The position numbers were made by a program, and so were the translations under genes. A stretch of 64,000 nucleotides of DNA from a bacterium (GTDB lineage: Bacteria > Patescibacteriota > Doudnabacteria > UBA920). Below, piece by piece: positions 35,806-45,971 of this stretch. The stretch covers positions 13,129 to 77,128 of the forward strand of contig JAKAGU010000002.1 in NCBI GenBank assembly GCA_021825655.1, read 5' to 3'. The notes below the pieces were generated by a model. It was not told the DNA's origin. It was given only the letters and a program-made list of their open reading frames with translations, and searched no databases. Each line of letters opens with the position of its first letter. The first letter of the stretch is position 1.

Positions 35806-36795
35806 TTATTTAATGAACGTAGCCTCGAACGCCCAGCGCGTACATTCATCCACTTGTTTGGGGCTAAGGATGCCGTTCTTAACGAGCAGCTCCTGCTCTT
35901 TGCGGATGTTCGTACGGTACATTTCCGGCCCGTCTGTGTTGATAGTGAACTTAACCTTATGCCTTAAGAGCGTGCGGTAGATATTTTTAAGCTCTTTTAG
36001 GCTCTTGACCACGTTGTTCTTTAAATTGGAGGTGGGGCAGGTTTCCAAAACAATCCCCTGCTCAACAATTTCCGCCATCAGCTTGGCATCTTCCACGCAC
36101 TTAATGCCGTGACCCACCCGATGGGGCCTAATCTCCCTGACCACAAACCTGAGTTCTTCCAGGGATCCGGCTTCGCCTGTGTGCGCGGTAATGCCCAGAC
36201 CCGCTGCCCGCGCCTGCTCGAATAGCAGGGCATGTTTTTTCATGGAAAAATTTTTGCGCTCCGGGCCGGCCACGTCAATCCCCACAATGCCCTGGTGCCT
36301 GTATTTAATCGCTTTTTTTAAAATAATCTCGTTCATCCCGTAATTAAACATCCGGTCCATCATGACGATAATGCCCGCCTTAACCTGGGGATACTCCAAT
36401 AGTGCATGTTGCAACCCCCACAAAGCGGACATAATAATGTGATCCAAATCCCGCTCTCCGCCCCTGTTTCTGAACATGGGGTTAAAGCGCAGCTCTTGCA
36501 ACACCAAATTACATGCGCGATAGCCGCCGCCGATTACGCTCTTTACCGACTCTTCAATGGCTTCGGGCGAGGACTGAATCAGTTCCGTCCAGTGGTAAAA
36601 GTGATAGTGCATATCGTTGAGATTCTTATTCTTACGCCCTTCGCCCATGGTAATCATTTCCTCAAAATCCCAGTAGTTTTTCGACGGGAGCTTAATGCCC
36701 TGCCGGTGCGCAATAGACCAAAGAATGGAAGGGTGCACTGCCGCGCCCAAATGCGTGTGTAGCTCTGCTCTGGCTTTTTCTGTTTTTTTCGTCAT
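35806..36795 (-). CDS. add: Adenosine deaminase family
   Basis: AELHTHLG, ELRFNP, GIDVAGPE, TAHTGE, RVGHG, ETCPTSN, INTDGP. Confidence 0.88.
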   Translation of the reverse strand: MTKKTEKARAELHTHLGAAVHPSILWSIAHRQGIKLPSKNYWDFEEMITMGEGRKNKNLNDMHYHFYHWTELIQSSPEAIEESVKSVIGGGYRACNLVLQELRFNPMFRNRGGERDLDHIIMSALWGLQHALLEYPQVKAGIIVMMDRMFNYGMNEIILKKAIKYRHQGIVGIDVAGPERKNFSMKKHALLFEQARAAGLGITAHTGEAGSLEELRFVVREIRPHRVGHGIKCVEDAKLMAEIVEQGIVLETCPTSNLKNNVVKSLKELKNIYRTLLRHKVKFTINTDGPEMYRTNIRKEQELLVKNGILSPKQVDECTRWAFEATFIK

Positions 36796-36868
36796 AAATG
36801 TTGGCGTTTGAATTAGCTTATTCTAACAAATTTTCCCCAAATCTCAAACCACAGCCAAAATTCCTGGG

Positions 36869-38617
36869 TTATTTGCCAGCATCCAGATTGCGAGTGGGCG
36901 GCACCTGGTAATAGTTGAGAATAAACTGGGCGATTTCGCCAAAGGCCGGCGCAGCCGTAGTTTCCGCCCAGTTGACGCTGCGCGGATGGTCCACCCGGAT
37001 GAGCATTAAAAATTTCGGGTTTTCCACGGGACCGAACCCGATAAACGAACCAATGTTGTTATTGTCTTCGTATTTGCCGTCTTTGCCAGCCACCTGCGCC
37101 GTGCCCGTTTTACCGGCAATATAGTAACCGGGCACCCCGGCTTTTTTACCGTGCCCGCTTTCAATCACGCTGACCATCATGGCGGCCACAGTATTGGCGG
37201 TTTTTTCCGAAATCACCTGAGCCACCTCCTGGGGCTTGGTATTTTCTACCCTGCCGTCGGAATATATCTTGCTTTGCACCAAATAAGGTTTCATCATTTT
37301 GCCCTGGTTGGCAATGGCGGTAAACGCCTGGATCAGCTGGATGGGGGTAATGGTAATTCCCTGCCCGAAAGTCGCCGTGTCAAAACTGGCCGCGATGTTG
37401 GCCTTTAAATTATCCAGATTGCCTTTGGTTTCCGGCAGCTCCACCCCAGTCAATTTGCCAAAACCGAATTTCTTGATGTAATCGAAAAAAGTCTTATTGC
37501 CAATCTGTTCCTTGGCAAAAATCACGCCTGTGTTCAAAGACTGCTCCAGCACCTGGGTCATGGTTTGCAGGCCACGGGCTTTTTTGTCGAAATTTTTTAT
37601 GGTAAAGTTGTCGACTTTTACTTCCCCGGTATCAATGTATGTGGTGTCGGGGGTAATCTTGCCTTCATTGATCGCAGCGGCCATGGTCAGGGGCTTGAAA
37701 ACCGACCCCGGCTCATAATTACCCGTGACGTTTTCATTCATAAATACCTTTGGGTCAGTTTGTTTGTTAAATTCGTTGGGGTTGAAGTTGGGATACCCGG
37801 CCATGGCCAAAATCGCCCCTGTGCTGGGATTTACCACGAGCACGCTGCCGCTGTCCGCTGAATTTTTTTCCACAGCGTCCTTCAGCACGCTTTCCGCCTT
37901 AAACTGAATCGTCCGGTCAATGGTTAGCACCAAATTTACGCCGTCTTCCGCAGGCTGGAAATCTCTTTCTCCGCCGAAAATCCATTCTCCGCCCAAACCT
38001 CTCTCCTGTTTCAGCTCGCCGGATTTTCCCGCAAGTTCATTTTGGAAACTCCTTTCCAGGCCGTACAGGCCGACTTTTTGGGTTTGGTTGTCCTGATTGT
38101 AGCCGACAAAGCCCAGAACCTGGCTCAGCAGTTCATTTTGCGGGTACGACCGGGTCTCCTCGGCATCAAAATAGATGCCAGGCAGCTTCAAGTCTTCCAC
38201 CTTGCGCTGTTCGTCTTCGGTTAACTGTTTTTTGATGGGCACATATTTCCGGCTGGTATCGGAAATCTTTGCCAGTACGTCTTCCGGGGCCAGGCCCAGA
38301 ACTTCTGCCAGGCTGGCGGCCGTGCTTTTGGGATTCTGAATTTCTTGGGGCACGGCATATGCCAGGTATTTCTCAATATTGGTGGCCAAGGGCACGGTTT
38401 CTTGGCTGACCTGGTCCACCAGCTTAATTTCCCCGCGGCTGGGTAATAATTTTTTGTAAATACTGTGCTGGGCCTGGGCCAGAACCCGGATTTGGCTGCC
38501 TACCACCACTTGCAGATAAAATAAACGCGCCAGGATAATCAAAAAAAGCAGCAACAAAAAAGCAGTCACAAGGCTGCTTCTTGAACCAAAGGGGCTTGGA
38601 CGGCTCTTTCTAACCAT
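36869..38617 (-). CDS. ftsI: Class B penicillin-binding protein (FtsI/PBP3-like)
   Basis: RG.I, R.YP, GLE, YEPGSVFKP (SxxK), SLN (SxN), GKTGTAQ (KTG); follows mraZ-rsmH-ftsL. Confidence 0.92.
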   Translation of the reverse strand: MVRKSRPSPFGSRSSLVTAFLLLLFLIILARLFYLQVVVGSQIRVLAQAQHSIYKKLLPSRGEIKLVDQVSQETVPLATNIEKYLAYAVPQEIQNPKSTAASLAEVLGLAPEDVLAKISDTSRKYVPIKKQLTEDEQRKVEDLKLPGIYFDAEETRSYPQNELLSQVLGFVGYNQDNQTQKVGLYGLERSFQNELAGKSGELKQERGLGGEWIFGGERDFQPAEDGVNLVLTIDRTIQFKAESVLKDAVEKNSADSGSVLVVNPSTGAILAMAGYPNFNPNEFNKQTDPKVFMNENVTGNYEPGSVFKPLTMAAAINEGKITPDTTYIDTGEVKVDNFTIKNFDKKARGLQTMTQVLEQSLNTGVIFAKEQIGNKTFFDYIKKFGFGKLTGVELPETKGNLDNLKANIAASFDTATFGQGITITPIQLIQAFTAIANQGKMMKPYLVQSKIYSDGRVENTKPQEVAQVISEKTANTVAAMMVSVIESGHGKKAGVPGYYIAGKTGTAQVAGKDGKYEDNNNIGSFIGFGPVENPKFLMLIRVDHPRSVNWAETTAAPAFGEIAQFILNYYQVPPTRNLDAGK

Positions 38618-38634
38618 GTGCTTGCAGGCTTAGT

Positions 38635-39003
38635 TTATCTTTGAGTCAGCCGGGTCGATTCCAGAAACACCGGGGTCTCGGCCGGGACAAAATTGGCGCT
38701 TAAGAAGCCCTCCTGGATACTCACCATGGAAGTATTTTCCGCAAGCTTCAAGTTCAATTTCTTCTGCGCATCGGTCAGGTCGGTTATCTGCTGCTGCATT
38801 TTCTTTATTTCATAGCCTTTGGAAGAATTGCCGTTAACCTCCACAAAATAACCCAGCAGCAAATAAGCATTTAATGCCAGCAAAAAAAGCGCGGCAAACA
38901 AGCGCAACGGATGGTTCTGGCTCTTAACCCGGCCTTTTTTGGCCGCTTGGCTGAGAGTGTCGGCAGTAGAGAAAAAATTGGATAAAGTTAGGGTTTTCAG
39001 CAT
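38635..39003 (-). CDS. FtsL-like bitopic division protein
   Basis: TM followed by GYEI..-coiled coil; lies between rsmH and ftsI. Confidence 0.65.
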   Translation of the reverse strand: MLKTLTLSNFFSTADTLSQAAKKGRVKSQNHPLRLFAALFLLALNAYLLLGYFVEVNGNSSKGYEIKKMQQQITDLTDAQKKLNLKLAENTSMVSIQEGFLSANFVPAETPVFLESTRLTQR

Positions 39004-39036
39004 AAAAATTTTTAGTTTTTGGTTTTTGGTTTTAAA

Positions 39037-39981
39037 TTAAAGTTTAAGTGCGGCGCGCAGCTTTGCCGGACGGCTGCGGCTGTTTGCCGCAAGCTCGGCC
39101 TCCGAAGCGGTGACCGGTTTTTTAGTTAAAATTTTCAGCAGCGGACTTTTGCCGCAAACGCATTGTGGAAAATCGGGCGGGCAAATACAGCCTTTGGCCA
39201 GCTGGTTGAAAAACTCCTTCACAATGCGGTCTTCCAGGGAATGGAAGGACACTACGGCCAGGCGCCCGCCGGCGGACAAAATGTCAAAGGCTTTGGGCAA
39301 AAAATCTTGCAAATTTTCCAGCTCATGGTTGACCGCAATCCTCAGGGCTTGGAATACCCGGCGCGCGCTGTCCGCAGCCTTATGCTTCACCGGCTTGGGC
39401 AGAGCCGCTTGAATCAGTTCATACAGCTGGCCGGTTTTATGCAACTTCAGGCCATCGGCCTGGCTGGCCTTAATCCGCCGCGCAATCTGCCGGCTGAACT
39501 TTTCTTCGCCATACTCCCTGAAGATTTTTTCCAGTTCGGCCTCGCTGCGGCTGGTCAGCAAAAACCTGGCGTCTTCGGGCTGGCTTTGGTCAAACCTCAT
39601 ATCGAGCGGTTCATCTTTTTGGAAAGACAAGCCCCGACCCGACTGATCCAGCTCATAGCTGGAAAAACCGATATCCGCAACTATCCCGTGAATTTGATTT
39701 AACTTGTGTTTTTCGGCAATTTTGTCTATGTTTCTAAAATTTTCCTGAACAATGTTCCAGTTTTGGTTTTGCTGCGCGAGCCGCCTGGCAGACTCCACGG
39801 CGTCGCTGTCCAAATCAATAGAAACTAATCTGCCTTTTTTCCCAATTTTGCGCAGGATGGCTTGGCTGTAGCCCGCGCCGCCCAAAGTCGCATCTATAAA
39901 AATTTCGCCCGGCTGGGGGTTAATCAGGCCCATCACCTCCTGGAGCAAAACCGGCTGGTGGAAATAATCCTGTTTGTCCAT
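39037..39981 (-). CDS. rsmH: 16S rRNA m4C1402 methyltransferase
   Basis: HQPVLLQE, DATLGGAG, GFSS..LD...RG.SF..D.PLDMR, FQALRIAVN.EL, SFHSLEDRIVK. Confidence 0.97.
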   Translation of the reverse strand: MDKQDYFHQPVLLQEVMGLINPQPGEIFIDATLGGAGYSQAILRKIGKKGRLVSIDLDSDAVESARRLAQQNQNWNIVQENFRNIDKIAEKHKLNQIHGIVADIGFSSYELDQSGRGLSFQKDEPLDMRFDQSQPEDARFLLTSRSEAELEKIFREYGEEKFSRQIARRIKASQADGLKLHKTGQLYELIQAALPKPVKHKAADSARRVFQALRIAVNHELENLQDFLPKAFDILSAGGRLAVVSFHSLEDRIVKEFFNQLAKGCICPPDFPQCVCGKSPLLKILTKKPVTASEAELAANSRSRPAKLRAALKL

Positions 39982-39999
39982 GCAGCAACCCTAAGCTAA

Positions 40000-40431
40000 T
40001 TAAACTCCCAGACTGCCCAGCTGCTCAGCGATGGCGTTGCTGGCTGCTTCGGTCTGCGTCTTATACGCCTGCCAGAGTTCTTCGCTCCACAACTCAATGC
40101 GGTTGTACAAGCCAGCGCAAACCACTTTTTTACTGATCTTCGCGAAATCTTTCAAGTACCCGGGCAGAATTATCCTACCCTGTTTATCCACATCGCAATC
40201 CATGGCTCCAGCCAGCATCAAACGGGAAAAAGCTCGCGTGTTGGCAGTAGAAATTGGGAGACTAGCCAATTTTTCCGCCAGCTTTTTCCACTCCTCGACG
40301 CTGTATAGAAACAAGGAATTATCCAAACCTCTGGTAACCACCACTTTGGCTTTCAATTGCGCCCTGAATTTTACCGGGATGGCGATTCTGCCTTTGTCGT
40401 CTATGGTACCCTGATATTCTCCGATAAACAT
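40000..40431 (-). CDS. mraZ: Division/cell-wall cluster regulator MraZ
   Basis: MFIGEY..TIDDKGRIAIP.KFR, DKQGRIILP, RIELW. Confidence 0.97.
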   Translation of the reverse strand: MFIGEYQGTIDDKGRIAIPVKFRAQLKAKVVVTRGLDNSLFLYSVEEWKKLAEKLASLPISTANTRAFSRLMLAGAMDCDVDKQGRIILPGYLKDFAKISKKVVCAGLYNRIELWSEELWQAYKTQTEAASNAIAEQLGSLGV

Positions 40432-40484
40432 TTTAAAAATCTGTTAATTAAGCCTTATGGCAGTAGGGATAAGTGCTAAATTTG

Positions 40485-40570
40485 TTATCCACAATACTCT
40501 CCACTTATCCCCACTTTAATCCACTTTTTACCATTTCATACTCATTATATACCACTCCCCTCCATTGGTC
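40485..40570 (-). promoter_or_regulatory. mraZ promoter with MraZ-type GTGG repeats and a DnaA box
   Basis: Minus strand TATAAT then AAATGG/AAGTGG/AAGTGG/AAGTGG at 10-bp period; perfect TTATCCACA near 40485. Confidence 0.75.
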
Positions 40571-40756
40571 AAAACCGTCCAACATAAAAAAACCCGCACT
40601 TTCATGCGGTTTAAGCCTTGTGGGTAATAATCCCTAATATTCTATCCACAGAAATCCTGGAATTTTTTGCAGTCGCAATTAAACACTGTATTTTTATTTA
40701 TTAAGCCATAAAAAATTATAAAACACAAAAAGTTAGGACAAAAAAATGCTTTTGTA

Positions 40757-41227
40757 CTAACCTCTTACGCCATACGCCGCTATTCCAAAGGCTACAGCCA
40801 CGTTCAGGCTTTCTTTTTTTCCCAACATGGGAATTTCAACTGCCCCATCACATAGCCTTAAAACGGGTTTGGGGATGCCTTTGGTCTCTTCGCCCAAAAC
40901 CAAAGCCAAAGGAAACCGGAACTTAGCCCGCCTTAAACTCTTGGCTTTTACGTTATTTTCCAAGGCCAGAACTTTGGCCCCTTGCTTCTGCAAGGCCTTA
41001 ATGAGCTTTACTGCGGACTTTTGGTGTTCCCAAGGGATAAAATTTTCCGCCCCCAAGGCGCTTTTGGCGATTTTCTGCCTGTGGATAACATTTTCCGGCG
41101 TACCTGTGTACCCGGTAAGGTAAATTTTATCCACGCCAAAAGCGTCGGCAGTCCTGAAAATGGAGCCAACATTGTAAAGCGAACGGATGTTGTGCGCGAT
41201 GACAAAAAAAGTTTCGGATTTGCCCAT
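40757..41227 (-). CDS. SpoU/TrmH-family RNA methyltransferase
   Basis: HNIRSLYNVGSIFRTAD, LGEETKGI, IPMLGKKESLNVAVAFGI. Confidence 0.92.
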   Translation of the reverse strand: MGKSETFFVIAHNIRSLYNVGSIFRTADAFGVDKIYLTGYTGTPENVIHRQKIAKSALGAENFIPWEHQKSAVKLIKALQKQGAKVLALENNVKAKSLRRAKFRFPLALVLGEETKGIPKPVLRLCDGAVEIPMLGKKESLNVAVAFGIAAYGVRG

Positions 41228-41232
41228 GGCAA

Positions 41233-43080
41233 TTACCGTTTTAATCCGCCCCATTCCACCAGCGTAAAGCCGCGCCGGACGGGATGATACAGAGTTTGGG
41301 GCTTGGGCAGCACATGCGGCTGGGTGACCAAAGGCGACCAATCCAAAAACACGCGGATTGTGGCATCCGGCCGCGGGACAACCTGCATGGGGATGAACTT
41401 ATTCATTTCTTCGGTTTGGAAAAAAGAGATGCGGTAATAAGGCGCATTTTTTGAAAGCAACTCCGGCACCCAATAGTCCGTCATATCCTGGCGCTCTTTC
41501 CGGTTTAAGCCAATTTCCTCAAGCTTCCTCTCCAGAAAGCCGCTTACCTCGCTTTTGGGCACAATCCACCCCCCGCTCGCCTCCGGGTAATTCCCCGTGG
41601 CCTGCCCGGCCCAAAACAGATACGGATAGGTTCCGGCTAAGCAGGCTGCCTGGGCATATTCAGAATCTTTCTCCGTATAATCAATCTTGCCGCAGTCAGT
41701 GAACTGTGGCTGCAAGTCATAAAGCGTGCCGTCGGGATTGGCCAGCACATCCCACTTATCCTGAATAAAAGGAATGGCCTTGGAAATATTCATTGGCTTT
41801 GCAAACCGGACCGTAACCTCGGTCGGTTTTGGGGGGTACAAATAAATTACCGGCTTGCCGCAACCCCCGGCCAGCAAATAGTCAACCTCCCCCACCCCGA
41901 CCCAGCGATCCCAGGGGTCTTTAAAGACAAGAACGGGGTTTTTGGAGGTATATTGGTTTAAATCCGGGGGGCTGGTTTTGTTGACGTCCGTAAACCACTG
42001 CCCTGCCGCAGCAACCTTGGCGTAATATTCACCTTTGTTGAGTGCAAAATTTTTGTCTTTAAACCCGTAGAGCTCAACCCCGTTCGCGGTCCGGCCGATT
42101 TTAAGCAAATCATCGGTGCTGATATTCTTCAGCACGTAGGTGGAAGCGGTCGGTGAAGCGCAGCCGTAAATTAACGCCTGGCCGTAATTTTCGTAAGTCG
42201 GAGCATTGGAACTGAAATCCGATTTCTTATAAAAATTCTGGTAAGCCAATGAAGGGTAGCCGGACGGCTGGCCAGCCGTTTCCGCCTGCGCCCTGCCATG
42301 GGATTCTATTGAACGAAATTGGTAGCTAAAAACCAGGCCCGCCTGGTCCCTGACATAGACATCCGCGGAAGCCTGGAGGTATTTTTTACGGACGGCCGCA
42401 AAATCCATAAAATCCGGGTCCGTATTGCCGTAATTAGACACATCAGCCAAAGGCAAGGCGAAAAAATCCAAAGACGGAGTGTTACTGAGAAGCTGCGTGC
42501 TCTCTGCCGGCAAAACATCCCAGCTAATATTATTTCTGACGAGCACAAAATTACCCACCGTAATTTCCGCCGGATGATTGACGGGTATAGCATCCGCACT
42601 CGTAACCCTGGCTTTGTTAAAATTGCTTTCTGGGCTGTTAAGACTTTGGAGCACGTACTGCGGTGTCGTGCCGGAGTCCAAAACAAAAGTCCGGTAGTCT
42701 TTCGTCGCTAAAATGTACGAAGCGCCCCCGCTGGGATCGTCCGCGGTTTCAAAGGCCGCAAGACGGTGATAACCCCGATATTGCCCCGTCTCCACCAGGC
42801 CGTCATCCTGGTACTTGACCTCAGGCATAAATTTATTCGCCTGGTCTGAAGGCGTGACAACAAACAAGCCATATTGGTCCTGGGTAATAGGCAAAGGCTT
42901 AGTGGCCTGGCTGGCAGCAACAGGCGGCGTGGCCGTGGCAGAAGGGCTAAGATTTTCCTTTGCGGGAGCATTGGTCTCAATAGGCCTGGCCTGCGGCGGC
43001 AACCGCAAATAAAAATAAACACCCGCGGCAACAGCTGCGGCCAGCCCGAGTATGAAAATCGCCCAGTAGGCTTTTTTCAT
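41233..43080 (-). CDS. Membrane-anchored extracellular protein with C-terminal KPVIYLYP...VEWGG domain of unknown function
   Basis: N-terminal TM; GGCGKPVIYLYP, W.V.A.PDG, YPYLFW, GLN..E..D...YW, RGFTLVEWGG. Confidence 0.8.
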   Translation of the reverse strand: MKKAYWAIFILGLAAAVAAGVYFYLRLPPQARPIETNAPAKENLSPSATATPPVAASQATKPLPITQDQYGLFVVTPSDQANKFMPEVKYQDDGLVETGQYRGYHRLAAFETADDPSGGASYILATKDYRTFVLDSGTTPQYVLQSLNSPESNFNKARVTSADAIPVNHPAEITVGNFVLVRNNISWDVLPAESTQLLSNTPSLDFFALPLADVSNYGNTDPDFMDFAAVRKKYLQASADVYVRDQAGLVFSYQFRSIESHGRAQAETAGQPSGYPSLAYQNFYKKSDFSSNAPTYENYGQALIYGCASPTASTYVLKNISTDDLLKIGRTANGVELYGFKDKNFALNKGEYYAKVAAAGQWFTDVNKTSPPDLNQYTSKNPVLVFKDPWDRWVGVGEVDYLLAGGCGKPVIYLYPPKPTEVTVRFAKPMNISKAIPFIQDKWDVLANPDGTLYDLQPQFTDCGKIDYTEKDSEYAQAACLAGTYPYLFWAGQATGNYPEASGGWIVPKSEVSGFLERKLEEIGLNRKERQDMTDYWVPELLSKNAPYYRISFFQTEEMNKFIPMQVVPRPDATIRVFLDWSPLVTQPHVLPKPQTLYHPVRRGFTLVEWGGLKR

Positions 43081-43081
43081 G

Positions 43082-43501
43082 CTAGGCCATTAAATTCAGA
43101 TTAAACTCGGGGTTATTCTGCCGCCCAATCCTGCCTTCCAGTTTGATAAAGAAAACTTCACAGGTAGCCAGAGCCACCAGCTTAAACACGTGCCCCCCGA
43201 TAACGGAAAAGTCCGTCCGGCCAAAAGAACCATGAGCGTGGAGGCTGGGTTTGCCCTCATGGACGGAGACGTTGCCCATAAGCGAAATAATTTCAAAATT
43301 TTCTACCAGCGGCTTGGAACGGTACTGTTTAAGGAAAGGGTTGTAAAAACCCAAGTCTGCCTCGGAAACCGTGCCAATACCCCAAAAGACCCCGGCATCA
43401 ATCTGGTTTTTTGAGGCAAACTCAGCCAGGCCGGCAAACACCTCTTCCCCCTTGTCGAAACGCAGCATATACCTGCGGCTGTCCTGAAGAATGATTTTCA
43501 T
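43082..43501 (-). CDS. PPC-domain (DUF296) protein
   Basis: RFDKGEE, GIG, EIISLMGNVS, HAHGSF, GGHV. Confidence 0.9.
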   Translation of the reverse strand: MKIILQDSRRYMLRFDKGEEVFAGLAEFASKNQIDAGVFWGIGTVSEADLGFYNPFLKQYRSKPLVENFEIISLMGNVSVHEGKPSLHAHGSFGRTDFSVIGGHVFKLVALATCEVFFIKLEGRIGRQNNPEFNLNLMA

Positions 43502-43511
43502 AAAAATTGAA

Positions 43512-43895
43512 TTAAGCCAGGCGGATAGTGCGGTTCAGCACATCCTCGACTTTTTGGATTATATCAGCCGTAGATTGGTCGCTTTTCAGCAAATAGTCCA
43601 TGGCTCCGGCGTCAAAAATCTTGGCTATGGTACCCGCATCCCCGATATTTGTCAGGACGATAACGGCAATACCTGAGGTGGCGGGGTTGGCGCGCAGCTC
43701 CCAAAGCACGGAAATACCGTCCAACTTGGGCATCATAATGTCCAAAAGCATAATTTCCGGCAAGCTTTCTTTAGCTAAGGCCACGGCCTGCTCGCCGTCG
43801 TAAGCAGGTGTAACATCATAACCTTTGGCCTTTAAAGCCGTACAGAGTGATTCAGAAATCATCTTATCGTCTTCGGCTACAACGATTTTTGTCAT
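43512..43895 (-). CDS. Single-domain response regulator
   Basis: VVAEDD, LLDIMMPKLDG, VLTN, GAMDYLLKS. Confidence 0.92.
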   Translation of the reverse strand: MTKIVVAEDDKMISESLCTALKAKGYDVTPAYDGEQAVALAKESLPEIMLLDIMMPKLDGISVLWELRANPATSGIAVIVLTNIGDAGTIAKIFDAGAMDYLLKSDQSTADIIQKVEDVLNRTIRLA

Positions 43896-43930
43896 ATTTT
43901 ACGTCTCCTCCGGTCCTACAGACCGTGAAA

Positions 43931-45601
43931 TTAGTCTTTAAGCGGAATTGAAAAATAAAAAGTGCTACCCAAATTTTCACCAGCGCTCTCGGCCCAAATC
44001 TTACCCCCGTGAGCCTCCACAATACCTTTGGAAACCACCAGGCCCAAGCCCGTGCCTTTGCGGCTAGAATCGTAAGATTTCAGCTGTTTAAACTTGGAGA
44101 ACAGCTGCGGCAAATCATCGCGAGAAATGCCCACGCCCGTATCCTTGATGGCAACTATCATCTGCTTGTGCTCCATATCCGCACTCACATTGACTTCTAT
44201 CCTGCCCGCATCCGTATATTTGATAGAATTGCTAATAAGGTTGCCCATAACCTGGCCAATGCGTACCTTGTCAAAATGCATACGGTAACTGTCGGGGCTG
44301 GTCAACCCGATTTCCAAATGCTTCATTTCCGCTTGGGACTGGAAGGTTTTAATCTGCTCCTTAATTACGGCAATCAGGTCATATTCCTGGACATTCAGCT
44401 CGAATTTGCCGGCTTCGATCTTGGCCACATCCAGCAAGTCATTGACCAATTCCAGCATGTTATTGGACGCGTGTTCTATGGTAATAACCGTGTCCTTAAT
44501 CTTGTCCGGCTCTGCGGCGGCCTGGGCCGCAGACAGGTTTCTGAGCAGCGACTCCGAAGACCAGCGCACCGCCGTCAGCGGGGCCCTGAGTTCGTGGACC
44601 ATCATGGCCGTAAATTCCTGGCGCAATTTTTCCAAAGCCTTTTCCGTGGTAATGTCATGCAGCACCACGGCCGCGCCGATCTTTTCGCCGGCATCGTTTT
44701 TAACGGGCGTAACCGTCACTTCCAAAGCCTTATCCCTTAAGACCACGTCCGGCACAAAAACCGGCTTGTCCTCAGCCAAAGCCTGATCAATTTTAGTGCG
44801 TAAATCCACCTTGCCCGCTAAGGCATCGACAATATCAAAAGAAGTCAATATCTTTTCACCGACAATCTCCAAAATGGTCTTTACCGCCGGGTTGGACAGA
44901 ATCAGCCGGTGCTGCAAATCCACGGTAAACACGCCGTCGGTTAATGCATACAGAATACCCGAGAGCTTGCCTTTTTCGCTTTCCAACAAAGCCTGGAGTT
45001 TAGATACGGCCGTGGCCGCCTGATTGGTAATATTATAAAGGATAGTGGTTTGGTCTTCACCGTACTGATTCACTTCCCGGGAGGCCACGTTAATAATACC
45101 AATAAGCTTGCCCGTAATTACCACAGGCAGGTTAAAGTATGAACCGATACGAAAGCCGGAATTGTCGTCTAAAATATTCCCGGTAATGCTTTCGTCTATT
45201 TTTTTCGGCTTAACCTCCTGGTCTTCGATAACCGAGTAAGCCAAAAAGATTTTTTCCTTTACCGCTTCAACAAAGGCATGGCTCACGGAATTCTCCACGT
45301 GGCACTTAAATACCGCCTTTCCCCCCTCTTCCATCATCATGTAGGAAACCGTATCATAGGCAAGGAGGTTGCCCAGGCTGCTGGTAATAATTTCTACGAT
45401 CTTATTGGTGTCCAGGGAATAGCCGATGCGTTCATTAATTTCCTGGAAAACCTGAGCCTGGTAAACCTTTTGTTGCAACTCTAAAGACTGGTCGGCGCGG
45501 CTCTTTAAAAAAGAACGCTCGCGCATGGACGAGATAATATATACAGTCACCACGATTGCCAGAAAGGCAAAGTCTACGATTAACAGGATGTTAACGATCA
45601 T
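43931..45601 (-). CDS. GAF-PAS histidine kinase
   Basis: One TM, GAF, PAS, HELRAPL, NLISNSIKYT, DTGVGI, GTGLGL. Confidence 0.92.
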   Translation of the reverse strand: MIVNILLIVDFAFLAIVVTVYIISSMRERSFLKSRADQSLELQQKVYQAQVFQEINERIGYSLDTNKIVEIITSSLGNLLAYDTVSYMMMEEGGKAVFKCHVENSVSHAFVEAVKEKIFLAYSVIEDQEVKPKKIDESITGNILDDNSGFRIGSYFNLPVVITGKLIGIINVASREVNQYGEDQTTILYNITNQAATAVSKLQALLESEKGKLSGILYALTDGVFTVDLQHRLILSNPAVKTILEIVGEKILTSFDIVDALAGKVDLRTKIDQALAEDKPVFVPDVVLRDKALEVTVTPVKNDAGEKIGAAVVLHDITTEKALEKLRQEFTAMMVHELRAPLTAVRWSSESLLRNLSAAQAAAEPDKIKDTVITIEHASNNMLELVNDLLDVAKIEAGKFELNVQEYDLIAVIKEQIKTFQSQAEMKHLEIGLTSPDSYRMHFDKVRIGQVMGNLISNSIKYTDAGRIEVNVSADMEHKQMIVAIKDTGVGISRDDLPQLFSKFKQLKSYDSSRKGTGLGLVVSKGIVEAHGGKIWAESAGENLGSTFYFSIPLKD

Positions 45602-45632
45602 CCGTTTTTTTGATTTGTCTTACTGAACTTAA

Positions 45633-45908
45633 TTATTCTTCCGCTATGTTTTTTACCGCCGGGTATTTTTCCAACAGCGTATCCAGGGTCATTTTGGCAA
45701 TCTGTCCGGACAGGGCCATGTATTCGTTGGCTACGCCCTTTAAAATCATCTGGGGATCACCGGCCATGGATAAAACCCTGCCGTCTTCGGCAACAGAAAG
45801 ACCGGCCACTTTTTTGGCCTTGTCCAGTGCGATTTTCGGACCTAAAACCAGCATCTGTTTCTGGATTAGGTCTGTCAGCATTTTTACATACTCTTCCTGC
45901 TCAGACAT
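45633..45908 (-). CDS. Small cytoplasmic protein heading the kinase operon
   Basis: YVKMLTDLIQKQMLVLGP.IA...A.KV.GL....DG, LSGQIA. Confidence 0.75.
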   Translation of the reverse strand: MSEQEEYVKMLTDLIQKQMLVLGPKIALDKAKKVAGLSVAEDGRVLSMAGDPQMILKGVANEYMALSGQIAKMTLDTLLEKYPAVKNIAEE

Positions 45909-45971
45909 TTGTTTCTTTAATGAATTATTTCCTTTTTATTATATCATAATTCGGACTTTTTTTAAAATTAA

